A stretch of DNA of 64,000 bases, from positions 310,001-374,000 of the forward strand of contig NIVC01000140.1 in assembly GCA_002269645.1 (NCBI GenBank), in the 5' to 3' direction. The translations under genes were made by a program, and so were the position numbers. The stretch is from Macrostomum lignano (lineage: Eukaryota). The first letter of the stretch is position 1. Each line of letters begins with the position of its first letter. A model generated the notes under the pieces. That model searched no databases. It had not been told where the DNA came from and worked only from the letters and a program-made list of their open reading frames with translations. Shown piece after piece: positions 10,074 to 22,184 of the stretch.

Positions 10074-12664
10074 GCATGCACGAGGTTAAGGCATTTGGCC
10101 CATTAGGTCCAAGTGGTTTGCCATCAACTGGGTCTGGTCTATGCAATGAAGAGCTAGAAGCCTTTGAGCCATGAGCGCCCTTAACTAGGATTGGCTTCAT
10201 TTCACATAGCATAGCTATCAAGGCTCAAGATTTAGGATGTAGCTGTTGTTTCAAGAGAAGAACATCCTTGTTCTCATGCTCTAACATTTGGGCATTGGCA
10301 ATTGGGACATTTTTATAGTTACTGATATAGTATATTAACAGATATACTAATATAGTTAACAGTTAACTGGTAAGAGTCAGTAAGCAATTTAGCTATAAAG
10401 AATTTTTAAGGGCCATTATATTCATTTGCATCGATATAGATAAATGAATTTAAATACTAATTGAACTATAACTCTTAAATATTATTAATTACTATCGTTG
10501 AGTAATAGCTTTATATTGGTGATACTTGAATATATATTAGGATATTTCTATACTTTTAGGTCAAATGCTGAGTTTGTTAATAATTAACAATTACATATAT
10601 AGGAATATATCAAAAACCAAATTAGGTACATAACTCTTTATTTTGATAACTCTTACTATTGCAATATTATTGATATTTAAGCTACATAGTATTAATTAAA
10701 TTAAACCTAGAAGGCTAAAATAAAATATTTCAAATTATATAAGCTAGTACTATCTAGGCAAAAGTAGCAAATTGCTCAAATAAAACATTGGACCTATTCA
10801 AAGTCAGCATACATGGGCAATAATAATAGACTAGTAATAATAGACTAGGTAGGAGTAATATAATAGAAATAGTAGGCCTAATAATATCAATGCTTAATAG
10901 CTAATTAAATTATTATTCCCAAGCTTAAACCTTTAAACTTCATTTAGAACCTTTAACCCTATAGTGCCACCTATTTTTCATTACTTTCTTTGCTTGTTCT
11001 AGTATAAATCTGCTTTGTAAATTTTAGTAGCTAATATATATTAATGGCTAAACTAATTAGCAAGCTATTTATCTCTAAAAGCTTGGCTTCTTAACTTATC
11101 AAACTCATCTCAACAGTTTTTATTTTTATAAAATAGTGTATTCTTCTTTGCTATTGAACTGAAAGTAGAAAGCTATTTTACTAAATATATATGACTAAAT
11201 AGCACAATCTAGGCCTAGTTCCACCAGTGAACGAGCTGAGCCCGGCGTCGCCGAAGGCGGCGTCAGGCGAGAGCAAGAGAACCCAAGGCCCCACCAAGGG
11301 CCGAGGGCGAGTAAATAATTTCTACCCATGGCGGCCGAAGGCTGACATGGGCTAGAAAGTATTTACAAGTAAATAAGTTAGACTCACATGCATTTTTAAA
11401 TTTCACATTTTTTTGCTAAAAAATGCTCCTGTTTTGCAACTACTGCACCGATTGAGTTGAGTGAGGTATCAATCGATAGAAAACTTTTAGATCTATTGAA
11501 TAAATATACTTTTGAGTGCAGAGGTTTTATTACTAAGCCGTAAATTAACTAGAGAGACGATTTTTTCAAAAGTGCTTCTGGGAGATCTCAAAATTCTGGT
11601 ACACCTTATGAGATACAGTTTCGACATCGACATCTGAGGATCAAAGTTGTAAAACTAAATTTCCTACAAAATGGTACATGGCACTTTAATTTATTTCAAC
11701 ATCTTTATTCAGTTTTGGTGGGTTTTTTTGGGTAAAAAAATGACTCTCATTTTATTATTTCCCCACTTTTTCCTACAAAGCTTTTTGAGTTTCGGCTTCA
11801 AAGCAGTGCAGTTAGATGCGCAATGCAAAAATCTACAAGTGTCTAAAGTTTTGTTTTCCTACGATTCTGCAGTGCTAAGAAAATTGACAAAAATCTATTT
11901 TGAAAAAAATCACATGACTTTCGTATTATTGCTCATTATAATTTTGAGAACATGGTGCGAATAATCCGACTTTGAATTTCTATAGCATAGTTGCTGTACT
12001 ATATTGGTTTGAATTGCCACCATCTGATTTCGCTGCTTTTGGGTTGAAAAATTGATCAGAAATCAATAATTTGTGATTTTTGGCTAATTGGGTGCCAGAA
12101 AAATGGGTGATTAAATTTTTTAAAGAATGGTAAATCAAATGCGGACACTGCAATTAGTTGTACTAATGTCTGGCTAAAATTGACCAAGTTTTTGAGTGTC
12201 TTCAACAAGTGCTCATGTGTCAAAAGTGATTGGAAATCGATCAGAGTAGTGATTATTTAATATTTTGCTTGAAATCAGGCAAAATAACGTAATAGGACGG
12301 CATTATTTTTATGACGGCTGATTTCCCACAAAATGAGGCATATTTGTGTGCAATTTCTAGAGATTCGGTTCATTGGGTAAAAAATTATCGATAAAAAACT
12401 GAAAACTTGATTTTTTACTCTTATGTTAGTTCCGGGGCTATTTAAACTTGAAATCTTAGGAATTTTGCACTGAAAACAATGCACAGTGTTCCAGACAGTT
12501 AATTTAACAAATTTCTTGAGTTTCATAACGATTCGATGATTTTTTCAGGTAAAAAATGCCTTTTTTGCATCAAAATTCATCACATTAAGCTGCATACCAC
12601 TTTGCATAATCTGCATTTGCATGCAATTGCTTGCATGGCTTTGGCATTAGGCTAAGTTAAGCTG

Positions 12665-12960
12665 GTTAGAAAGGAAAGGAAAGGAAAGGAAAGGAAAGGA
12701 AGGAATAATCGTACATACAATGTACACACCCGTCCCTTCCAAGTAGGGTTGTGGCAATGCGAGAAGGCTTGGCAGCTTGGTTTGGAGGGTGTGTAATAGA
12801 GCTTCATTTGACTTGCGCACAGACCAAGGGAAATTAGATCGATAAACGGGCATCACGCGATTAAAATTTCGTATTAAATTTAGCTCTTTAACTGCACATT
12901 TGAATTGCAAGCCTAGTACAAAGTTTGTTGGGCGCAAGATCCAAGTCACTATGTGTACAA
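12665..12960 (-). mobile_element. Possible 3' end of a non-LTR retroelement or SINE with a (CCTTT)n tail
   Basis: On the minus strand a more GC-balanced segment ends abruptly in ATTATT(CCTTT)n within AT-rich DNA. No protein motif seen. Confidence 0.3.
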
Positions 12961-15860
12961 TCCTCCCCCTGACTAAAAAGTCAGCGATACGGCTTCTGAA
13001 GTAGGTATATACAGTGTTTTGGAAAGACTTTATTTATAGCTTTCTTTGCAACTCCGTTGGAGAATGAAGAGCCTTAGGGTAACTTAAGTGTACTATCTGA
13101 TTGAGTTGAGAGTACAAGGTTTACATTTATGTCCCACAAAACTAGCCTGACTTTCCAAGCACTTAAGCTGATGCTAAGCGGAGCATGCGCCAAAACAACC
13201 AGCTTAATGAGTTAGTATATAACCCTGCTACGCTCTATAGACTTTAGTCATTAGGAATTTTTTATATTGAGGCCTTCTAGAGCCTATTATAGAAGATTCT
13301 ATTCCAGCTCATGGCTGCGGGTCAGATGCGAGAGAAAGAGAAGAGATAAGACTAAAGAGAAGATAAGAGATAAGACGAGAGCTAGAAGCGAGAGGAGAGA
13401 AGAGGGGAGACTAGAGAGAGATTAGAGTGGAGAGAAACAGAACAGACAAAGAGAGAAAATGGGAGAAGTAGAGATTTACATTTTTATTGAGCTTCTCAAA
13501 GTTCTTTTTCATTGGTACAAAACTAGGTTTATCAAGTAGTATGAAGACCCACATCTAAAAAGAAGCCCGTTCACTAGTGGCAAAAAGACGTGTGCGTCTT
13601 CATACTACTTGTCTTAGAACTTGGGTTTTTGCCAGAACTAAGTACAAAATTGCATCTTGTGCCAAATTTCAAGATGCAATTTTATGGCTTAGAGTGCAAT
13701 TTCTCTTATTAAATGAGTCTTGAGCCTTAAAAAGAAAAATAGGTTAGGCCCTATCAGACTACACTTAAACTGCACCCAATTTTTCTATTTTAAGGTATGA
13801 TTGTGGTTTCAAAATTAAGGTTGTAGACACACACTTGTGACACTGTATATACAAAAAACCTAGCTTAGACCTTCTAATTTGGCATATAATTGTGTAAAAG
13901 TAAGTTAGTTTCTTCAACTTTACTTTGTATTTAGTTTTCAGCTTGAAGTAAAAAAGCAATCAGACTAAAGATATATAGTCAATGATAGAAATTAGGCCTA
14001 TGGTAGTCCTATGACATTGCCATGGCACACACTCAGTAATACAATATAGATTTTGAGCCAGGCATGCATTGCCATGCCATAATAAAGTTTAAATCCTGCA
14101 AATACTGTCACATTTTAAGTATATTACTGTCAGGGAGCATTAAATTCATGTTATAAATAATATGAAATTTATCAATTTATAAAAACCTTAGGTAAGTCTA
14201 TATATGGTAATTAGGGCACTAGGCTTAGCCTTAGTGCAGTGCAGTTTCGTTGTTTTTTGTAAAACAATTTCTTGATTAATATTAACTGAATGTGAAAAAA
14301 TTGGCTCCATTTTATTAATCAGACTCATTTTATACCACTCAAGCCTCAAGGTGGCTTTGCACAAAAATTTTCAGGTTGGGTAAGGGTTTTAGTTTACTTA
14401 TTTTCGCGGGTAGGGCTTATAGTCCTTGCCTTGTGTTACCTTGCCTTACCTTGTCAGTTAGGCCTTACCTTGTCAGTCAGTCACCTGCCTCGATCTCTTA
14501 CCTTGTTGTTTCTTAGAAAACAAAAGTACGTTTAAATTCAGTGTTGTTTTCATAATTAGTTTTTCGGTGTAAGCGAATTAGCTGATAAATACGTTTTCCA
14601 ATGCAGGAAACTTTTCTTACTAAATAGCGCTTCAAAAAAGTACAATGTTATTTTCATTTTTACTTTGTACTTTGTTCAGCATTCGCACATGTTTTAAACA
14701 TCTAATTAACAGGTAAAACCCCAAAAGATAAACCATAAACGCAAAGCAAGTGGCACAAAAGAGCGGTAAACTCGGTCCAGAAAGGTGAAGCGAACCCCCT
14801 TAAGCGACGAAGTCTATTATTTTTTATGATGTAAAACAGAAAGATATATTTCGCTAAAAATTATGCCGGGTGCCGACTCAGCGGCCGCGAACGCGAGACT
14901 ATAATAGCACACAGTGGAAGGGGGAGGCGGCCCTAAGCCCCGGACGCACACACAGAGCACCCGCACCTACCTAAACAACCCCCTAACGAGGCCAGGCCGG
15001 CGCGGGGAGGTTTAAAACCAGTTAAAGTCAGTCACCTGCCTTAAACTGACGTATAAATTTAAATTGCGCTAACTATTAATCCAATTTCAATAGCTTTTTA
15101 GCGCGATAATTTAATTTTGAATTGAACGGAATAATATTATCTATGTGACTATTTATATTACTTAAGCTCCTTTCAATTCAATTCTTTATTTTTCGTTTAT
15201 CTGCATCATGGACTTCAGATTGTTCATGTTCATGTTATCTTACAAAAAGTGATGTACAATAATCTTTTTCATTAGCCAATTACTGATTCACTGTATTTGT
15301 TTGGTGCAGACCACGAGTGCCATGCAGCTGCAGGGAGAGTTCTGGTATTCTGTCCGCTCATGTATGTATATAGTTTGAGGCAGCCCAGTATAACATCTAG
15401 CGCTAAAAAGTTTCCGACACCCCTAATCACGCCAAATCTTAGGCGACCTAGTGCCATACACCAATCGATGAAGAAAATTATGGACGCTCAGTTTACACAG
15501 TATATATAAATATATATATATCAGTGCATCTGTTAAACGTATGTAATACACCGGTGCATCTAAATTATACAATGTATAATATCGGTGCTCTGTATATCGT
15601 AAAAATGAAACGAAAATTTTAGTAGATTGGATTATATGTCAGTTCATGTCATAAAGTAGCAAAGTCGTCTTGTCGCAAATGGAAGACGGAAAGGATGGCT
15701 TTCAAGACTTGTAGGCACCGAGGCAATGCCTTTCAGAGCCAAATGACTCAAAAACTATGGTTGGCTGGTTGAAGAAGCCTTAGCTAGGCCTTTATAAATT
15801 TAGACTTCGCTCAAAGAAAGCCTCGCTGAGTCGCCTGGCTGTTCTGACTGCTTTAAAATC

Positions 15861-17062
15861 ATGGAACTGAAACGCCAGCTGCTGTTCTGCTGCATCTCTC
15901 TGCTGCAGCTGCTCCACTGCCGCTCGGAGCACTCCTCCATCGGGTTCGCTACTGTCGCTCTGTGCCCCGACGTCTCCGCGCTGCCCAGCCGACCTGCCAA
16001 GTCCAAGATGCTGTGCGGCACCGCTTGCAGCGCCGACATGGACTGCGACCTGTTCCACTTCACCCGTACGACCGGACTCTGCTACCTTGGCAACTCGACC
16101 TGCGAGGGACTCCGACTGTGGACCAACGGACCCTGTGTCTCTCACAAATCTGGTAATTTGCGAGTTCAAATCATTTTCGGTTGTACCGGACCGTTAGTTG
16201 CAGTGAACCAAATTACCAAGCCAGTTCAGCACAAAGCCCAGCATTTCAAGCAGCAGCCACTATCTTGAATATTTCAGTGCGTCAAAGGGTGCGGGCGTCG
16301 GCGGAGCCGATAGCTGAGCAGCTGAGCCTGAAGATGCTCTACCGATTCGGCACCCACGGCCTGGAGAACGCGGCCGACCCGTCCAAATACCGGCTGTGGA
16401 GCGGCAGCGCAACCACCATCAATGCCCAGGGGGCGCACTTTGTGGAGGATTCGAATTCCTTCCTGATGGCCGCCACTCCCTGCTTCGAGGGTTTCTTCAA
16501 CGTAGGACACAAGTTCTCCATTTTTGTCCGGGCGAAGCATCCCATGAATATTGAGTGAGCAGATTTTTGTACGCCTCTGTACTAGAATTGTCGCATTTAA
16601 ACATTTTTTATTTTACCTTCTCAAATATTCCATCATCGCAGCGGAACTTACATGACGATGCGCGAGTGCGTCGGGAACAAAGTGTCGCAGGACTTTTACA
16701 CGTACGACCGGAACTTCTGGCACGATATGTACTGGCCGCCCCAGCCGAAGTATGTTCTGACCAAGTCTGGCAATGTGTTCACTCGGAGCAGCTCCGTTGC
16801 CTTGGTCTCGTCTGGGATGACGTACGACACGAACGGAGCCGCCCATTACTTCTTCAACGGCAGCATGCACCCCGCCATGATGGCCAGCCCCGACTCGTCC
16901 GGCACTCTAACAAACTCAAGGTTCCAGTGCATTGAGCTCGGTGGCTACCTTAAAACGCCAAGGTACTCTGTGCGAGGCAGCATGTCCTGCTTCGCCATGA
17001 GCACCCGACTGCTCACGCAGGCTGAGTTCGTGCAGCTGGACAACTGGTGCAAGCAGGTCTAA
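15861..17062 (+). CDS. Secreted PAN/apple-domain + LamG/ConA-like lectin protein, copy 1 (3 exons, 329 aa)
   Basis: Exons 15861-16152, 16278-16554 and 16642-17062 with matching phases (1, 2). Signal peptide MELKRQLLFCCISLLQLLHC; apple-like C-x3-C-x5-C...F...C (CGTACSADMDCDLFHFTRTTGLC); LamG-like FSIFVRAK, VALV...FFNG, ELGG, GSMSCFAMSTRLLTQAEF. Confidence 0.8.
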
Positions 17063-17800
17063 CTGTGGGCAGGTGTCTTGGGATCACGGAACAGTCTAGA
17101 CGTTAAAGGTGTTGACATAATTGGGTCCGTCTTAGCCGTGTCTAGGGATTTCTGGATGCAAAAATCTAGACTCAGAATTCGTGGGACAATACCTTGAAGT
17201 GAGGGACCTAAAATTGGAAAAAATAGCCTATTCGAGTCGGTAATTATAGTTATTTCCTCAATCCATCAATGCAGGACGTCCTTAATGAAACCTTCGATTT
17301 ATGCTTTTGTACCCAGACTACGCTATGGCCATCTCACTGTTAAAAGCCTGTAGTTGTTGTTAAAACGAACACTCGGCAAAGAGTAACTCCGTAGAAGCTG
17401 TGCTGCAACTGAAACTGCCTCGTAAAAGACATATGCGTGTGAGACATCGGAGTCAGGACACATTTAGTCGCGTTACCATGCCATTTAAAGCCGTCAACAT
17501 GAGTAGCAAGCACAGACCAAACAGTGAAACCAGACTGCACATCCAGCATTGCTTGTCTGGGCTCGTATTTGACAAAATGACACAGCAAAACATTTCCCCT
17601 CTACCCCACCCCAAAACTATCCGGGGCCTGGGGAAGACTGCCTGTTCTTCAGCTGCCTGCCCGGTTAGATCAGCATGTACTGAAGCATATTAATGTGGCA
17701 ATGGGACCAGAGTAGCAATGCTAACTAGATTTAAACAGCTAAGCAAACTTATTCAAAAATTAAGTGCTCAAAAATGGAAGAAAAATCGGAGTCTTCCACA

Positions 17801-18055
17801 TTGCCGAGAATGAGAAGAGGAAATCATGGCTGCTCAAACAACACAGCGCTGTCTCTGGCCGGAGTGACCTTCCATAATTTTCCAGACGACAAGGAAATGA
17901 GTAGCAAGTGGCTGATGGCTCTGAGACGAACGATTTCGAGCCATCGCCATCCACACAAGTCTGCTCGATTCACTTTAAGGAATCCGACTTTGAGGAACAA
18001 TTCGCTGGCTTTCTGCCTAAGGTCAAAAGGATGGGAAGGGGTACTACTTGAAAAG
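17801..18055 (+). pseudogene. Degenerate THAP zinc-finger domain (P-element-like remnant or THAP pseudogene)
   Basis: GCSNN...VTFHNFPDDKEMSSKWLMALRR, then after a frameshift at ~17928 NDFEPSPSTQVCSIHFKESDF. The first zinc-ligand Cys is missing and a hAT MITE is inserted at the 3' end. Confidence 0.75.
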
Positions 18056-18481
18056 CAGGGGTCGGCAAGCTCTGTCCCGCCCTCGGTCCATGAAACTTCA
18101 CAATAGCAATCCGGCTCGCTCAGGGTTTGTGTCTCTTCTCAGCTCTCTTTTTTTTGTCCTTTTCTCCTCTCCTCTCCTCTCCTCTCCTCTCCTCTCCTCT
18201 CCTCTCCTCTCCTCTCCTCTCCTCTCCTCTCCTCTCCTCTCCTCTCCTCTCCTCTCCTCTCCTCTCCTCTCCTCTCCTCTCCTCTCCTCTCCTCTCCTCT
18301 CCTCTCCTCTCCTCTCCTCTCCTCTCCTCTCCTCTCCTCTCCTCTCCTCTCCTCTCCTCTACCCTCCTCTCTCTCCTCTCTCCTTTCTTCCGTTTTCTCC
18401 TTTATTCCCTTTCCTCTCTGGCCCGCAGTTGTGCACCAGATTTTATATCTGGCCCTTAGATTAAAAGTTTGCCGACCCCTG
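18056..18481. mobile_element. hAT-superfamily MITE with internal (CTCTC)n microsatellite
   Basis: TIR CAGGGGTCGGCAA at 18056 and its reverse complement TTGCCGACCCCTG ending 18481; perfect 8-bp TSD TTGAAAAG (18048-18055 and 18482-18489). Confidence 0.9.
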
Positions 18482-19529
18482 TTGAAAAGGAACACATTTT
18501 TGCCCCTCGTGCGCAATCTCGTTATACTTTTTGGTCTGTGGTAGCAATGCAGCACACCTGTTGGGTTGGGGCCTGAATACTACAGTGATAGCAACTTTAT
18601 CCCATACTTTAACCAGTTCTTGGGATACCTGTGGAGCATCTTTAACTTTTTTTACTTTTCACATTTCAAGCTATTGGCTCGCACAGGAAGGAATAGGAAG
18701 GACTTTGGTCCTGTGCAAATCTGAACTGTTTTAATTTGCAGTCCATGCTAATGTTTAACCCAAGAATGATCGATCTCACCTGTTTGGACTGGCATCGCAG
18801 TCTTTGCCCAGTCCCAGTTTCAATCACCTGCGCAATGGCCTGAGCGTTTCGCCGCCTCTGTCCATTGCGGCTTTTGCAATTGCCTCGCGACTTGAGAAAT
18901 TTTTTTATGTATTTGAGGTTTTCTGAACTTGTGAGAAGAATATTTTTTCGAAAAAAAGATTTCGATTGAACTATTTTATCGATTATTTATCTGCTTATCC
19001 CTCATTGATTTGCGGTCGAGTACCGGGAACAGAAATTTTTTGGCTGTAACGAGTCTGTTTTGAAACGATTCATTTCTGCTTCTGTTTCTGTTTTACATTT
19101 GTTGTAAAACAGTTTACATTTAAACAATGTTTTACATTGTTTCTGTTTCACTCTTTTCGCCTTAGCAACTAAAACTCTAAAAATGTGAGTAACGCACCGC
19201 CCTTTTATGATTTTGAGCTCCTTGATGAGTCCAGAATGTCGTTGTAACACGGAACCTGTCACTTTTCACCAAACTTGAAGCTACCAATACTTTTGCTCTG
19301 AGATTTTGCCTTACTCTTAATAAAACAATTTTTATAAGCAGTATATTGTTATCTTCTGTGACTAAATTTATTTTGCGATGCTTAAAGCAGAAATACTCTG
19401 CGCTTCTTTTTTCCAACTATTTTTTCTGCTTGTTTTCTGCTCCCTAACTGTGGCTTTGATTGCCCTTTCTGTGTCCCCAACTCAACTCGTGTTGAGCGTT
19501 TCGTCTGTTTGAGAAAGAAAATCTTCTGC

Positions 19530-19700
19530 TTGAGCATGGACCAACCTCTGATTGTGCATGGACCACCCTCTGCTTGTGCATGGACCACCCTCTGCTTGTG
19601 CATGGACCTTCCTCTGCTTATGCATGGACCACCCCCTGCTTGTGCATGGACCACCCTCTGCTTGTGCATGGACCACCCTCTGCTTATGCATGGACCACAT
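19530..19700. repeat. Minisatellite, 22-nt unit GCATGGACCACCCTCTGCTTGT
   Basis: About 7-8 visible tandem copies. Confidence 0.9.
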
Positions 19701-20319
19701 TCTGAAAGCTGGCAATAAAGCAGCCCACACCAAGCCTCCCAATCAAGCCCAGCCAGTGATTCGTCTTCCTTCTTTAACTGCAAATGCGATTGAGACTGAG
19801 TGTTCGAGCGCCACAGCCTACATGTAGGCCTTGTGAACCTACGATGAGGCGGGGCAAGAGCGGTAGAGGAGCGGCGGAGACGGAAGACCAAATCGTGAGA
19901 CTGAACAGAGAAAAAGGCAGGTGCGAGGCCAAAAAGTTTGGAAGCAGTCGAAAATTGTGAGAAATGCTGTCGTCTTATTTATCAGGCTGAAAGCCTACAG
20001 AAATACATCGGTTTTTCTGGCTGGGGTATAAAACTCCAGAGCTTACCGAATCGATGCTCAGCAACTGCTCACAGCTATCAAAGTTTGCGATTGTGCCAGG
20101 TCGCTCACTCTTTCCAGGCAGAGTTGCCGAAGCATCTCAGAGTTCAGGCTTCAACAAAGCGGGTCTTATTCTAGACGAAAAATTTCCCCGGTTCACCGCC
20201 CGGGGACAGCGAAGGCTGAAGAGATGGCATTCCCCGAGCTGCCAATCATTCCCTCTGCCTGGGGATCTGAAGCCTCCTGTGCGTAGCTTTTAGTAGCTTT
20301 GAGTTCAGTAGTTTATTAC

Positions 20320-20695
20320 GACTGAGGCTGACTAAGATGTCAGCACTGATGATGAGTTCACTCCAAAATGAGACTGAGGCTGACTAACATGTCAGCTCTG
20401 AAGATGAGTTCACTCCAAAATGAGACTGAGGCTGACTAACATGTCAGCACTGATGATGAGTTCACTCTAAAATGAGACTGAGGCTGACTAACATGTCAGC
20501 ACCGATGAGTTCACTCTAAAATGAGACTGAGGCTGACTAACATGTCAGCACCGATGAGTTCACTCTAAAATGAGACTGAGGCTGACTAACATGTCAGCAC
20601 TGATGATGAGTTCACTCTAAAATGAGACTGAGGCTGACTAACATGTCAGCTCTGAAGATGAGTTCACTCCAAATGATAATGAGGCTGACTAACAT
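20320..20695. repeat. Minisatellite, ~52-nt unit with internal hairpin GCTGAC-TAACAT-GTCAGC
   Basis: About 7 copies of ACTGAGGCTGACTAACATGTCAGCACTGATGATGAGTTCACTCTAAAATGAG; some copies lack one GAT. Confidence 0.9.
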
Positions 20696-20929
20696 ATTGA
20701 TGTGTTGAAGTCATAGGATGGCTCCGGGTAAGCTTCTATACTTAACCAGCTGACTTGCTTGGGTGCGGCATAGGCAGGGTGGATCACAAGTTTTCTTGAA
20801 CTTAGGTACGCAAGGCCAGTGATAAAGCATTTTGTACTATCCGGCTCTTGTGGTTGGCTGGTGAGGCAGGAGCAGGGCAGCATAAATCCCGCATCGCTAC
20901 AGCCTGAACCCCACAATTTCTCTGACGTC

Positions 20930-22184
20930 ATGGAACTGAAACGCCAGCTGCTGTTCTGCTGCATCTCTCTGCTGCAGCTGCTCCACTGCCGCTCGGAGCA
21001 CTCCTCCATCGGGTTCGCTACTGTCGCTCTGTGCCCCGACATCTCCGCTCTGCCCAGCCGACATGCCAAGTCCAAGATGCTGTGCGGCACCGCTTGCAGC
21101 GCCAACATGGACTGCGACCTGTTCCACTTCACCCGTACGACCGGACTCTGCTACCTTGGCAACTCGACCTGCGAGGGACTCCGACTGTGGACCAACGGAC
21201 CCTGTGTCTCTTACAAATCTGGTAATTTGCGAGTTCAAATCGCTTTCGGTTATTGTTGCAGTGACCCAATTATCAAATATTCACTAATCAAAACATTCAC
21301 TGGCAAGTGAAGCCAGTTTAGCACAAAGCCCAGCATTTGAAGCAGCAGCCACTATCTTGAATATTCCAGTGCGTCCAAGGGTGCGGGCATCGGCGGAGCC
21401 GATAGCTGAGCAGCTGAGCCTGAAGATGCTCTACCGATTCGGCACCCACGGCCTGGAGAACGCGGCCGACCCGTCCAAATACCGGCTGTGGAGCGGCAGC
21501 GCCACCACCATCGATGCCCAGGGGGCGCACTTTGTTACGAAACTGACTTCCTACTTGATGGCCGCCACTCCCTGCTTCGAGTCTGTTGTCAACAAGGGCA
21601 ACAAGTTTTCCTTCTTCGTTCGGGCCAAGCACCCCATGGACATCGAGTGAGTTCGCAGATCCATGGTGTTTCACTAGCTCTGAATAAAAAGTTAAAAGGC
21701 GTTCCTGTTAATACATAAAAAGTAGAGCCGGGAATCTCAAGTGAGCCAAATCCCTCCATCCAGTGGAACCTACGTGGCGTTTCGGCAATGCAGCGGCAAC
21801 AACGTGGCCCACGACTTCTACACGTACAACCGGAACTACTGGCACCAGGTGTTCTGGCCGGCCGACGGCAAATACTACCTGTCCAAGTCCGGCAACGTCT
21901 TCAGTAAGAGCAGCTCGGTCGCTCTGGTCTCCACCGGCCTCACCTACGACGCGGACCGCAACGTGAACTTTTTCTTCAACGGCAGCATGTATTCGGCGAC
22001 GCTCGACAGCTCGAAGTCGGCCAGCAACCTCAACGACGCCAACTTCCAGTGCATGCAGCTGGGCGGCTTTCCGGGAGACGCGCAGTACTCTGTGCAGGGC
22101 AGCATGTCCTGCTTCGCCCTGAGCACCCGACTGCTCACGCAGGCTGAGTTCGTGCAGCTGGACAACTGGTGCAAGCAGGTCTAA
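20930..22184 (+). CDS. Secreted PAN/apple-domain + LamG/ConA-like lectin protein, copy 2 (3 exons, 329 aa)
   Basis: Exons 20930-21221, 21370-21646 and 21764-22184; exon lengths (292/277/421) and phases identical to copy 1. Confidence 0.8.

Noticed and set aside
10953-10975. piggyBac-like TTAA-CCCTATAGTGCCACC terminus
   Set aside because: No matching inverted end with TTAA found at a plausible distance.
20320-20695. CRISPR-like palindromic repeats
   Set aside because: No unique spacers, no cas genes, eukaryotic context.
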